A stretch of DNA of 36,017 nt from Opitutales bacterium (lineage in GTDB: Bacteria > Verrucomicrobiota > Verrucomicrobiia > Opitutales > JABSRG01). A model generated the notes under the pieces. It had not been told where the DNA came from. It saw nothing but the letters and a program-made list of their open reading frames with translations, and did no database searches. Shown piece by piece: positions 18,870 through 28,877 of this stretch. Both the position numbers and the translations under genes were made by a program. Location of the stretch: positions 1 to 36,017 of the forward strand of contig JABSRG010000040.1 in NCBI GenBank assembly GCA_013215165.1, in the 5' to 3' direction. Within the stretch, counting starts at the first letter, position 1, and every line of letters starts with the position of its first letter.

Positions 18870-20923
18870 TGGCTGTACGTGAGCAGATTCATTTTTTGGG
18901 CGTTGGGGGTATGGGTATGCTCCCGCTTGCTCTTCTTGTGGCTCAGGCAGGATACCGCGTGACAGGTGAAGACGATAATCTAGATGCCGGGGCTTCGAGT
19001 CTTTTGGAATCCGCATCTGTCGAAGTCGCTGTTTCTGGATTTTGGGAGCATGGAGCCTTGCCGCAGCGCTTTGTTTATTCTCCGGCATTTGATGTGGCTC
19101 ATCCTTCACGGAAGCGTCTTTCAGATGCCGGAGTAGAAGGCTTGAGTCGCGGTGAGCTTTTAGCAGAGCTGGCGGGAGAAAAGCGTTTGTTGGCTATCTC
19201 TGGTTCTCATGGGAAGTCTTCCACGACCGCCGCATTGATTCGTGCGCTGGGTGATGTCGGTTTTGAATGCAGTTATTACCTTGGGGCGCGTTTTCAGGGA
19301 GATGACTTATTGCCTGCAGTTTGGAACGATGCTGACTGGTTGATCGCCGAGGTCGACGAGAGCGACGGATCGATTGATTTATTTGAGCCAGAGCTAAGTG
19401 TCATCACTCAGATCGATTTTGATCATCCCAGCCAATACGCTGACGCGAAGGCTTATGCGTTAGTGTTTGATTCACTGCGCTGTCGTACGCGGGGGACCAT
19501 TATTGAGGGGCGCCCCTTGGAGGGTGCAGGACTGCGTTTAGAACGCGAACGCCTTGTCCGCGAGACTTTGGCTGCACTCGGAGTTGAGGCTAACGCAGAT
19601 TTTTTACCTGAATTGAAGCGCCGGCAAGAGGTTTTGCACGATGATGGATCGTTAAAGGTTATTCATGATTATGCTCACCATCCGGCTGAAATTGAGGCTT
19701 TGTTGTCAGAGCCCGATTTCGCGGGTTCGACAGTAGTCTTTGAGCCCCATCGTTACGGGCGCACTGCTGTGTTTGCGGAAGCGTTTGGTCGTGTGCTGAG
19801 AGATGCTCGCACGGAGTCCGTGCATTTGCTTCCGATTTATGCTGCTTTCGAGAAAAACGATGGGACGCGTGCTGAGTCGATTGCACAAAGCCTGCCGAGA
19901 GCGATTGTGCACACCAATGAACCTGAAGCCTTTGAAGTTCTGCTGAAGCAGTCTTCGGATGGAGGACGTTTCCTTTTCGTTGGTGCTGGGACGGTAGATC
20001 GCTTCGCCGAAGCATTTGTGGCAGACAAGGTATGTATCCAGCGTAATGTTAGACTTTCTGGAAAAACTACCATGCGTGTGGGTGGAGCGGCTGAATACTA
20101 CGCCGAGCCAGCCAATTTAGCAGAGCTGAGAGCTGTGCTCACTTGGGCTAAACTTAAAACGGTCCCGGTCTTTCCCCTGGGGCGAGGTTCCAATGTGATC
20201 ATTCCAGACGAGGGGATCTCAGGCCTGGTCATCCGCTTGAGTGAGGATGCATGGAAGGGTATAGAACTCTTACCTGATGGGCGTCTGCGTGTGGGCGGTG
20301 GGGTGCGCCTGCGGGATATCTGTGTGAAGGCGGCTCAAGTATCCATGGACGGGCTCGAATTTATGGAGGGTATCCCGGCATCACTCGGTGGAGCGTTACG
20401 CATGAATGCTGGTGCAATGGGAAAATGGATGTCTGATGTGGTGGAGTCAGTCAGGCTCATGAAGTGGGATGGCAGTGTGGCAGTCTATCCGCGCGAGGCA
20501 TTAACTTTTGCTTACCGCTCAACCGTGGAACTCGCCCAAGGATTTGTCTTAGACGCGGTGTTGAGGGGCGGTAGCGGTGATCACGACACCGACGCAATTC
20601 GCGGGAGGATGCATACATATATGAAATCGCGCAAAGAATCTCAGCCGCGCGAAGCGAGCGCGGGCTGTATCTTCAAGAACCCCGAAGGCGATCATGCGGG
20701 CCGCCTCATTGATGTATGCGGGCTAAAAGGGCACAGTCGCGGTGGTGCGATGGTATCTACGATACATGCAAATTTCATCGTTAATACCGGCGCTGCTACG
20801 GCGGCAGATGTTTTAGGTCTCATCAATGAAGTCCGTGCCTCTGTTAAAGCGGAAACGGGAGTCCTACTGGAGCCTGAAGCTGTGTTGCTTGGAAATGAAT
20901 GGAAGGAGGTCTTGGCGGGATGA
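18869..20923 (+). CDS. murC-murB: Bifunctional MurC (UDP-MurNAc--L-Ala ligase) – MurB (UDP-GlcNAc-enolpyruvate reductase) fusion protein
   Basis: 684 aa. The N-terminal 390 aa or so carry Mur ligase motifs (GSHGKSSTT, DYAHHP, FEPHRYGRT). The C-terminal 290 aa or so carry the MurB FAD-binding fold (RVGGAAEYYAEP..GRGSNVI...CIFKNP). Confidence 0.8.
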   Translation: MAVREQIHFLGVGGMGMLPLALLVAQAGYRVTGEDDNLDAGASSLLESASVEVAVSGFWEHGALPQRFVYSPAFDVAHPSRKRLSDAGVEGLSRGELLAELAGEKRLLAISGSHGKSSTTAALIRALGDVGFECSYYLGARFQGDDLLPAVWNDADWLIAEVDESDGSIDLFEPELSVITQIDFDHPSQYADAKAYALVFDSLRCRTRGTIIEGRPLEGAGLRLERERLVRETLAALGVEANADFLPELKRRQEVLHDDGSLKVIHDYAHHPAEIEALLSEPDFAGSTVVFEPHRYGRTAVFAEAFGRVLRDARTESVHLLPIYAAFEKNDGTRAESIAQSLPRAIVHTNEPEAFEVLLKQSSDGGRFLFVGAGTVDRFAEAFVADKVCIQRNVRLSGKTTMRVGGAAEYYAEPANLAELRAVLTWAKLKTVPVFPLGRGSNVIIPDEGISGLVIRLSEDAWKGIELLPDGRLRVGGGVRLRDICVKAAQVSMDGLEFMEGIPASLGGALRMNAGAMGKWMSDVVESVRLMKWDGSVAVYPREALTFAYRSTVELAQGFVLDAVLRGGSGDHDTDAIRGRMHTYMKSRKESQPREASAGCIFKNPEGDHAGRLIDVCGLKGHSRGGAMVSTIHANFIVNTGAATAADVLGLINEVRASVKAETGVLLEPEAVLLGNEWKEVLAG

Positions 20924-21843
20924 AGCAGCCGGACTTATGTGTGCTCTACGGCGGAGTGGGCGGTGAGCGTGCTGTATCGCTTGCCTCGGGCAAAGCGGTC
21001 ATTGCGGCGTTGGAACAAAGTCATGCCGTACACGCCTATGATATTCAAAGAGCGGAAGTGCCGGCTTTTATCGATCCGAGCCGTATGATCGTGTTGCCAG
21101 TGCTGCACGGTCAATTTGGTGAGAATGGGGTGCTGCAAGATGCTCTTGATGATGCTGAGGTGGTGTATGCCGGTTGTGCGGGAGAAGCCAGCGCTCAGTG
21201 TATGGATAAGGTCCAAACCAAGCAGGTTGCTTCGCGGTCAAATCTAGTCGTTGCTGAGTCTGTAGTTTTTGATGGGTCCCTACATCCATCTTGGTTCGAA
21301 CTCGTGTCGCTGCTGGGTGACAGTTTCGTAATAAAGCCGGCAGACGCGGGCAGCAGCGTAGGGCTTCACTTTGTCGATGACGAATCCGGTCTACTTACTG
21401 CGATCGAAGACATCCAATCTGGAAAATGGATGGCGGAGAGTCGTGTTCGAGGTTACGAGGTGAGTGTTGGCGTGTTGGATGGCAAGGCTCTGGGTGTGGT
21501 GGGAATCCGACCGCAAGGCGGCGCCTATGACTACAAGCACAAATATACGCCGGGCTATTCGGAATATGATGTGCCTGCGTGTCTCGTGGAAAAAGTGCGG
21601 GAAGAGGTAAGCCAAGCTGCAGAGACGATTTTCGAAGCGTGTGGTTGCCGAGATTTTGCTCGGGTGGATTTTATTATAAATGGACGGAGTGAGCCGGTGC
21701 TTTTGGAGGTTAATACCTTGCCAGGACTTACCCCAACGAGTCTGTTACCCAAAAGTGCTTCGTGTGAAGGAATTGATTTTAATGACCTACTGGACCGGAT
21801 GCTCGCTGGTGCAGTAGAACGATGGAAGCAACGCTATGGGTAA
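20920..21843 (+). CDS. ddl: D-alanine--D-alanine ligase Ddl
   Basis: ATP-grasp fold (VLYGG..ERAVSL.. ; EVNTLPGLT). A GGAAGGAGG ribosome-binding site lies upstream, and the start overlaps the murC-B stop (ATGA). Confidence 0.85.
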   Translation: MKQPDLCVLYGGVGGERAVSLASGKAVIAALEQSHAVHAYDIQRAEVPAFIDPSRMIVLPVLHGQFGENGVLQDALDDAEVVYAGCAGEASAQCMDKVQTKQVASRSNLVVAESVVFDGSLHPSWFELVSLLGDSFVIKPADAGSSVGLHFVDDESGLLTAIEDIQSGKWMAESRVRGYEVSVGVLDGKALGVVGIRPQGGAYDYKHKYTPGYSEYDVPACLVEKVREEVSQAAETIFEACGCRDFARVDFIINGRSEPVLLEVNTLPGLTPTSLLPKSASCEGIDFNDLLDRMLAGAVERWKQRYG

Positions 21844-22816
21844 GGCTAAGAAAAAACATTCAGATACCCACCAACAGGCTCAGACTTGGAAAGAAGCTAT
21901 TCGACAAAATACGCGCGAACGGCCCCAGACTGTAATTGCTCTTCGTCGGCGTTGGGCTCCTTATTTTTCAGGATTTTGTATATTCACTATTTTGTTATGC
22001 ATTGGGTTGTTGGGCTGGAATAGCCGCGATGTTCTCGCAGACTTGCAGAAGCGCGTTCTACTCGATCAAGCAGAAGGAGATGTTGTCCGTGAGATCGAGT
22101 TTTCCTCTGACGGTGTGCTTACCGAAGGTTGGGTAAAGCGTGAGCTTAATTTGTTTGAAGATGCGTTTCCTCTAGACGCGGACATTTTTGCTTTGCAACG
22201 AGATTTGGAAACGGTTGATCAGATCAAATCGGCGACTGTAAAGCGTAGTTTCGCCGAGGCTTCATTGAGTATCCGTGTGGAAGAGCGTGACCCGGTCTTC
22301 AAGATGATGATCGCCACTGACGGCGGGCGGGTGGCGCGTCTGGTGGATAACGAGGGCGTCTTGTTTAGCCCCCACGGATTTTCCCGTGCCCAGCTGCGTC
22401 GATTGCCCTGGCTTGGTGGGGTGAATTTGGTTGAGGTCAGCCAAGGATTTGCCCCGATTTCTGAGATCGATAGATTGCTCGATGTCCTGGAACGGACCGA
22501 GGTATTGGCCCCACAATTGTTCAGTGACATCCAAGTGGTTCAGATTGAGCCGCGCTCAAAGTTATCCCCTCTGCTTGGAGAGAATATCGTATTCCGGACG
22601 TCATGGTGTGAGCGCTTGGTGTTGTCTGAAGGGGATCTAGACGAGCAACTGATCGACCTTGATACCGTGGTTGCAGAGTTTCCAGGCGATTGGGCGTCGG
22701 TTGGATCGATGCCGATGGCCTTGATCGATTTAACGATGGAGGGATACGCTGTAGTCAAAGCTTCCCCGCGAAGAGCGGATCGAGCTCGTTCCCCCGCACC
22801 TTATTCGATTCTATAG
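21836..22816 (+). CDS. ftsQ: Cell division protein FtsQ/DivIB (POTRA domain)
   Basis: 326 aa with a basic N-terminus, a single TM and a periplasmic domain. It sits in the conserved slot between ddl and ftsA. Confidence 0.7.
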   Translation: MGKAKKKHSDTHQQAQTWKEAIRQNTRERPQTVIALRRRWAPYFSGFCIFTILLCIGLLGWNSRDVLADLQKRVLLDQAEGDVVREIEFSSDGVLTEGWVKRELNLFEDAFPLDADIFALQRDLETVDQIKSATVKRSFAEASLSIRVEERDPVFKMMIATDGGRVARLVDNEGVLFSPHGFSRAQLRRLPWLGGVNLVEVSQGFAPISEIDRLLDVLERTEVLAPQLFSDIQVVQIEPRSKLSPLLGENIVFRTSWCERLVLSEGDLDEQLIDLDTVVAEFPGDWASVGSMPMALIDLTMEGYAVVKASPRRADRARSPAPYSIL

Positions 22817-22827
22817 TGGGTAGCCGC

Positions 22828-24045
22828 ATGTCCGAGAATCCGATCATAGGGGCTATTGAATTAGGAACTTCCAAGGTGGTCGCCCTGGTGGGCGAGATTC
22901 TGGATGATGGTTCGCTGGCTGTTCTGGGGCATGCCGACTGTTCGACCCAAGGTGTGGTGAAGGGTGAAATCGTCGATTTTAAGTCAGTTTGTGCCTGTGC
23001 GCATACTGCCATTGAATCGATCGAAGATGAAGCTGGTGTGCCGCTTGATACAGTTTATCTGGCATTGACGGGAAAGCATTTTAAGGGGCGGCAGAACACG
23101 GGCATCACACCAGTGCAGTCTGCAGATGGTTGTGTGCAGCAGGAAGATATTGATCGCGTGAGCGAAGAGGCCAAGCGGCGTCCGTTGGACCCAGGCAGCA
23201 TCTACATCCAGCACATGCGCAATGGGTTCAGTCTCGATGGGCGCTCTATCTCGGATCCTCTGGGGCAGCCTGGAGAGCGTTTAGAAGCCCATTATTGGTC
23301 GGTGTTTGGGGACCAGGCAAAAGTCGAGGAGCTGATGCGGGTTGTAAACGGTTTTGGCCTGGAGCTCGAAAGTATCGTTCTCTCAAGCAGCGCGGCAGCT
23401 TCCATGCTCCTGACTGAGGAGGAAAAAAAGGCGGGGGCTCTGGTGGTCGATATCGGATGCGGCACCACGGATTATGCAGTGTATAAAGATGGTTGCGTTC
23501 GACGTACAGGGGTGCTCGCAGTAGGAGGTGAGCATATAACGAATGATCTTGCGATGGGGCTGCGTATCAGTCGCAAACGCGCTGAATTTTTGAAGTTAAC
23601 CCATGGTAAAGCGACTCTATCGAAAGAGGACCGCAACCAGTCTATCTGGACGCATGGAGATTACACGATCGGCGATAGTATGATTACTCAATATGCTATC
23701 AGCCAGATCATAAGTGCACGTGTCGAAGAGATATTCCAGATTGTCCGCAAGGAGCTGGGAGAGGCGGGGGAGTCTGATTATATCCCTTCTGGTGTTTTTA
23801 TTACGGGTGGCTCGGCGCATATAAAAGAACTCGCTCAGGCGGCTGCCAAAGTCTTCGGGGTGTCCGCTCGTGTTGCCAGGTTACCGCGTTGGGCCAGCGA
23901 AACCCTGGCGCAGCCAGAGTATGCCACCGTCATGGGGTTACTCCATTTTGCTCTTCAGGCCCGTCAGGGAGGCGGCACGGGTGGACGTGTCGCGGAAGGA
24001 AATATCCTGCGTAAAGTCGCGCGCATTTTGAATTTCAATGTCTGA
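22828..24045 (+). CDS. ftsA: Cell division protein FtsA (actin-like ATPase). Start at MSENPIIGAIELGTSK.
   Basis: Actin/Hsp70 fold motifs are present: IGAIELGTSKV, VVDIGCGTTD, GVFITGGSA. Confidence 0.9.
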   Translation: MSENPIIGAIELGTSKVVALVGEILDDGSLAVLGHADCSTQGVVKGEIVDFKSVCACAHTAIESIEDEAGVPLDTVYLALTGKHFKGRQNTGITPVQSADGCVQQEDIDRVSEEAKRRPLDPGSIYIQHMRNGFSLDGRSISDPLGQPGERLEAHYWSVFGDQAKVEELMRVVNGFGLELESIVLSSSAAASMLLTEEEKKAGALVVDIGCGTTDYAVYKDGCVRRTGVLAVGGEHITNDLAMGLRISRKRAEFLKLTHGKATLSKEDRNQSIWTHGDYTIGDSMITQYAISQIISARVEEIFQIVRKELGEAGESDYIPSGVFITGGSAHIKELAQAAAKVFGVSARVARLPRWASETLAQPEYATVMGLLHFALQARQGGGTGGRVAEGNILRKVARILNFNV

Positions 24046-25324
24046 AAATCTTCCAGAGCAGATCGGAATAAAGATCGCCGTGGTAGCGGTGGGTGGTGCG
24101 GGTCTTCGGGTTTTAGATCGCATGCAATTGGAAGACGCGGAACAGTTGCGTCTGATCGCGATCGATGCCCATGCTCAGACGCTGAACAACAGTCAGGTAG
24201 CACGAAAAGTCTTGGTCGGTCGTAAATTGACCCGGGGCATGGGCACCGGTGGTGATATCGAGCGAGGCCGGGATGCGGCCATGCAAGACCGCCAAGCTTT
24301 AGAAGAAACCTTGGAGGGCTTTGACTTGGTTTTTCTATTGGTGGGCCTGGGGGGAGGCAGCGGCAGCGGGGTAGCTCCTGTCGTGGCGGAGATCGCGAGC
24401 GACCAGGGTTCTGTGGTCATTGTATTTGGGACACAGCCCTTCGCTTTCGAAGGAAAGAAACGCAACGATGACGCTGCGGCTGCTGCAGGACGCTTGCGCG
24501 ATGTCAGCCATGCAGTAATCTCTTTACCTAACGATTTGTTGGTGCAGCCGGATTGTGATGAACAGTCGGTACTCAATGCACTGGGAATGGCTGATGCATG
24601 GATGGAGCGTGGCGTCCGGGCTATCAGTGCCATGGTGACGCGGCCTGGGTTAATCAGTCAGGATTTTGCGGCACTCCAAAGTGTGCTTTCAACTTTGAGC
24701 AACAAGAGTTTATTTGGCCTAGGGGTTGGCGAAGGCAGCGATGCAGTGGATCAAGCTCTCAGGCAGCTGCGTCAATGTCCGTTGCTACAGACACCGGAAG
24801 GTATGCATCGCGCTGAGAAGCTGATAGTGAATATCACCGGAGGTAGTGATCTAACCATGGCTGATGTGCATCGTATCGTGAATGCGGTGAATGAAGTGTT
24901 CATCAGCCGCGAAGATACTGTCTTTGGAGCAAATATTGATGAATCTGTCCGCGAGATGGTCGAAATCTGTGTGCTGGGTGTCAGTAATATGGGTCACGAA
25001 GCGGTAGCACTCGATGTTCAGCGCACGTCTGCTGCTGTTATGCCGCCGCGCGCACCGTCGAAACCGAAGCAGCCACTGGATCCAGTTATCCCGGTCGAGC
25101 AGCCGCGCGAAAAGCGGGCGAAAAAGAGCAAGCCTGTGGTGCGTGTGCATCGTTCTAAGCTCGGCCCCAAGCAGGCAGATTTACTCGAACAGGAAGAGTT
25201 TCTATTTCTCGCGAATGACGAGCAGCGGGGAATCTTTGAGGATACTGAGCCTAATGAATACGCTGGTGAAGATCTGGATGTACCCACATTTTTGCGTCGC
25301 GGGGTAAAGGTAGCTTTGAAGTGA
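24038..25324 (+). CDS. ftsZ: Cell division GTPase FtsZ
   Basis: N-terminal IKIAVVAVGGAGLRV. The tubulin signature appears as the variant GLGGGSGSG. A long Pro/Arg/Lys-rich C-terminal linker is present. Confidence 0.85.
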   Translation: MSENLPEQIGIKIAVVAVGGAGLRVLDRMQLEDAEQLRLIAIDAHAQTLNNSQVARKVLVGRKLTRGMGTGGDIERGRDAAMQDRQALEETLEGFDLVFLLVGLGGGSGSGVAPVVAEIASDQGSVVIVFGTQPFAFEGKKRNDDAAAAAGRLRDVSHAVISLPNDLLVQPDCDEQSVLNALGMADAWMERGVRAISAMVTRPGLISQDFAALQSVLSTLSNKSLFGLGVGEGSDAVDQALRQLRQCPLLQTPEGMHRAEKLIVNITGGSDLTMADVHRIVNAVNEVFISREDTVFGANIDESVREMVEICVLGVSNMGHEAVALDVQRTSAAVMPPRAPSKPKQPLDPVIPVEQPREKRAKKSKPVVRVHRSKLGPKQADLLEQEEFLFLANDEQRGIFEDTEPNEYAGEDLDVPTFLRRGVKVALK

Positions 25325-25471
25325 TCTAGTTTAATTCAAATTGCATTTCATGCACCAGACTGATGCATCCAATGTCAGGGTTCGTAAAAGTGTTATCTAT
25401 GTCCTGATCTTACTGAACTTTGGGTGTCATTCATCCTTCAAACTTCCATACCCATCCTTCAATATCACTCT

Positions 25472-27058
25472 ATGGGACCCCTAGACTGGATTATCATCGT
25501 GGGTTATATGCTAGGGATGATCGCCCTGAGTTATGGGCTGAGCCGGGGCCAGAAGGATGGGCGCGACTATTATCTCGGTGGTAACAAAGTGGGGCCCTTG
25601 CCGATCGCACTATCGACGATGGCGACGCAATGTTCGACCAACAGTCTCCTGGGTGCACCGGCATTTGTTGCGCTTTCAGGTGGTTTGCTCTGGCTACAAT
25701 ACGAACTCGCAGTGCCCTTGGCTATGATCGTCATCATGGTCGTGATCATCCCCATACTCCGCGGACTGAACTTGGTCTCTGTGTATGATTATGTGGAACG
25801 ACGCTATGATGTCCAGACCCGCGTATTACTCAGCATTTTGTTCCAGTTTTTGCGCGCATTTTCTACGGGCGTTACGGTCTACGCTCTGGCTTTGGTATTG
25901 GAGTTTTTCATGGGCATTCCGTTCTGGGTAGCGGTGCTACTCCTGGGAGTCGTGACCGTGATCTACGACGTGCTGGGGGGGATCAAAGCGGTGATTGTTT
26001 CGGATGTGATTCAACTATTCATCCTGGTTGCCGGCATCGTTGCTGCGATTTGGATGGCTTTAGAACTCAACGGAGGATGGGCGGCAACTTGGCAGCACTT
26101 TGATTCTGCGAAGGCACAAACCCTTGATTTCGCCGGGCACGGATGGGGTGATGGAGCGACTTTCGCCTTTTGGCCGATGCTCTTTGGTGGTCTTTTTCTC
26201 TATGTCTCTTACTACGGCTGCGATCAAACTCAGATCCAGCGTGAGCTCTCCTCGCGTTCGGTCGCGCATTCGCAGATATCGCTGTTCATTGGTGGCATCC
26301 TGCGTTTTCCGTTGGTGGCACTATATTGTTTTTTGGGTGTTTGCCTGGGTGCCTATCTAACCCTGAATCCCGAATTGCTGGACAGTCTGAAGCAGGTTGA
26401 CTCGGGTGAGATTAATAAAAACTTGGTGATGCCGGCTTTCATGCAAGCACATTTCCCCAGTGGTTTGTTAGGGTTAGTGTTGGCAGGGTTTTTTGCGGCG
26501 GCAATGTCGTCGCTGGATTCTACGATCAATTCGCTCAGCACGCTGACAATGCATGATATCGTACTACGTTTCTTTAAGGATAAAGTTCCCGCATCGAAAG
26601 AACTCCTCTATTCCAAGATGCTGACGGTGTTTTGGGGAGTCATTTGTATCGTATTCGCTTTTTTTGTAGGGAATGTTTCGGGGACAGTGATCGAAGCGGT
26701 GAACAAAATTGGTTCGCTCGTTAATGGCCCCCTCTTGGCGGTTTTTCTATTGGGCATGCTATCTAAGCGCGTCGGGAGTCTGGGTATCCAGTGTGGCTTG
26801 ATTTTAGGATTTTCGACTAACGTTTTGTTATGGAATTTCGCGCCAGACATTTCTTGGCTTTGGTGGAACGTTGTAGGCTTCTTCGTGGCTTCGGGGTCTG
26901 CTATCTCAGTGAGTCTGTTCAAGCCAGCACGTAACGTTGCAAAAGAGTTAATGGCGCCAGGCAAGGTAATACCCAAGGCAAGCAATCTGCGCACCCTCGC
27001 TGTGCTGCTTGCAGTCTATTTTTGCCTTATTCTTCTTGCCTTGGAGTGGGTGAGCTAG
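25472..27058 (+). CDS. Sodium:solute symporter (SSF) family transporter (start taken at MGPLDWIII; the ORF extends to 25424)
   Basis: About 13 TM segments with the typical SSF N-terminus and a GG..LY.SYYGCDQ region. Confidence 0.7.
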   Translation: MGPLDWIIIVGYMLGMIALSYGLSRGQKDGRDYYLGGNKVGPLPIALSTMATQCSTNSLLGAPAFVALSGGLLWLQYELAVPLAMIVIMVVIIPILRGLNLVSVYDYVERRYDVQTRVLLSILFQFLRAFSTGVTVYALALVLEFFMGIPFWVAVLLLGVVTVIYDVLGGIKAVIVSDVIQLFILVAGIVAAIWMALELNGGWAATWQHFDSAKAQTLDFAGHGWGDGATFAFWPMLFGGLFLYVSYYGCDQTQIQRELSSRSVAHSQISLFIGGILRFPLVALYCFLGVCLGAYLTLNPELLDSLKQVDSGEINKNLVMPAFMQAHFPSGLLGLVLAGFFAAAMSSLDSTINSLSTLTMHDIVLRFFKDKVPASKELLYSKMLTVFWGVICIVFAFFVGNVSGTVIEAVNKIGSLVNGPLLAVFLLGMLSKRVGSLGIQCGLILGFSTNVLLWNFAPDISWLWWNVVGFFVASGSAISVSLFKPARNVAKELMAPGKVIPKASNLRTLAVLLAVYFCLILLALEWVS

Positions 27059-27647
27059 ACTCAAGTTTAGCTTTTAGCCAAATGGTGCTAGCGGGTACGA
27101 CTTGGAGAGCGAGGATCGCAATTCCAAACCAGAAGAGGTTCACACGGTAGGGTCCAGCAAGCAGCGGGATGGCCACGGCCCACCATCCAATCGCAGCGAT
27201 TGCAAAGATGCGTTTATGGATCATCGAGCTCTGGATAAAGAAACCGATACCGAGCATAACTGAGAAGAGACCGGGGAGCAGCAGTGACGGAAAAATTCCA
27301 AAAGTTTTCGATGCGACGGCGAAGATAAGGGCAGAGATGAAGACTGCTATCCAGACGCGCTTGATCAGCCTGGGCGTCGTTGCCTGAAGGGATAGGGGAT
27401 TAAAATTGCGGGCTCTGATGTGAATGAAGGTGACGACCGTCGCCATGGTGAGCGATAGAGTCCATACGTAGATCACAGAGTTGATGGGGACAGCGTAAAG
27501 CTGCACGGCGTATTCGAGCACGAAGCATTTTGCGAAGACCATGCCCCAGAAGACGGTCAGCAAGGTGCGAAAACGCGCGGTATCTGCCCCGGTTTCCAGG
27601 GCAATTTGCATCTCTGTTAAAGTGTTTTCTGTTGAGCCTCTATACAC
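27027..27647 (-). CDS. Hypothetical polytopic membrane protein
   Basis: 206 aa with 5–6 hydrophobic segments. It overlaps the SSF 3' end convergently by 32 nt. Confidence 0.45.
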   Translation of the reverse strand: MYRGSTENTLTEMQIALETGADTARFRTLLTVFWGMVFAKCFVLEYAVQLYAVPINSVIYVWTLSLTMATVVTFIHIRARNFNPLSLQATTPRLIKRVWIAVFISALIFAVASKTFGIFPSLLLPGLFSVMLGIGFFIQSSMIHKRIFAIAAIGWWAVAIPLLAGPYRVNLFWFGIAILALQVVPASTIWLKAKLESSSPTPRQEE

Positions 27648-27847
27648 AGTGTCAAAAGAAGCCAGAACGCTGAGAACTTCAAAGCGGAAGGCTACTCATC
27701 CTGTGACTAGAGGAACTATCCGCTAATCCACGCGAATGAACGCGAATTCTACATCGGCTCGGCTAGGTGCGACCGCATTCTGTAGGGTGAGCGCGACAGC
27801 GATTACCTCGTCGCCCAGATGATGCCCCGCTGTTCCGTAATTTGGAT

Positions 27848-28828
27848 TCAGCACACTGTGAACTTCCACCAATCATGTTCGGCGCTTTTTGGCCGTTTGC
27901 CGTGCTTTCGCTGAACGCGTGCGTTGTGAACGATGAACGGTGGACCCATGCTCACGCGATTAAAGCCGAAACGTCGGGGTAAGTCTTCATACAGGGACTT
28001 TGGAGGACCATGGTTTCTGGATATTTTCTTGTAAAATACACCGGATGCCCAGGTGTGGTAGAAGATATTCTTGATACCGATCTCGTTGATGAGGAACTGC
28101 ATCGCTGCTAGGAGTGTGGCTTCGGCCCAGAGCTTGGTGAGGGGAGCGATGTGTTGCTCATAGTAGTCCAATTGACGTTGGATTGTTGATTCATGCCACA
28201 GGTCTTTCGTGGATACCTCACCTGCTTCGAGTTTGTTCCTCAGTCTGAGATGGCTGCGGTAGGCTTTGCGCAACCAGTCATTCTGGACTTCTTCAATGAG
28301 GGCGCAGCCATGATCTAATTCTAAGTCAATGCGTGCCCACGACATCGTATTTTCATTGCCGACTCTTACGGGATGTCCGTTGTATGCATAACGCCATATT
28401 GACCGTTCTTCCGTGGATAGATTTCGGAACGAACGGTTGTGGTGATCGGGGAAATTTAACTGAAGCACTAGATTCATTCCTGATCGGGACGTCTGAGCCC
28501 AATCCCGCTGCCAGGTGTTGGGGGATTCCATGCCCCACTGATCGAGGGTGAGCCGAAAGGGAAAGATTCGCCGACTTAACTGCCAATGCGTTTCAAGTGA
28601 CAGGGTGGTGACTGTATCGTTCGAGTGATTGCCGATGAATTCCCGTATGGTCGGCTGCTGCATATAGCGTTTGAGATCGGGGCTTTTTTTGAGCTCATGC
28701 ACGCGCAATGCCCTGGCACCCAGTTTCCAGGCTAGTGTCTGAAACAGATAGTGATGTTGATGCGTGTAGAACTTCGTGCGTCCGGTGGGCAAGCAGTCCT
28801 TTATGAAGTCTATTTCGTTTTGCTTCAT
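27848..28828 (-). CDS. Hypothetical protein, Trp/His-rich, no recognisable family
   Basis: 326 aa long ORF with coding-like composition. It lies immediately downstream of the SPFH gene on the same strand. Confidence 0.5.
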   Translation of the reverse strand: MKQNEIDFIKDCLPTGRTKFYTHQHHYLFQTLAWKLGARALRVHELKKSPDLKRYMQQPTIREFIGNHSNDTVTTLSLETHWQLSRRIFPFRLTLDQWGMESPNTWQRDWAQTSRSGMNLVLQLNFPDHHNRSFRNLSTEERSIWRYAYNGHPVRVGNENTMSWARIDLELDHGCALIEEVQNDWLRKAYRSHLRLRNKLEAGEVSTKDLWHESTIQRQLDYYEQHIAPLTKLWAEATLLAAMQFLINEIGIKNIFYHTWASGVFYKKISRNHGPPKSLYEDLPRRFGFNRVSMGPPFIVHNARVQRKHGKRPKSAEHDWWKFTVC

Positions 28829-28877
28829 AGCCTTACGGGATAAAAAGCCCCGGAGTTCGTTGGCCTCCGGGGCTGGT

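Noticed and set aside
24193-24633. 146-aa minus-strand ORF inside ftsZ (and similar antisense ORFs across the dcw cluster)
   Set aside because: Antisense to strongly supported genes. Pro/Arg/Ser-rich composition is characteristic of frame-shadow ORFs in GC-rich DNA.
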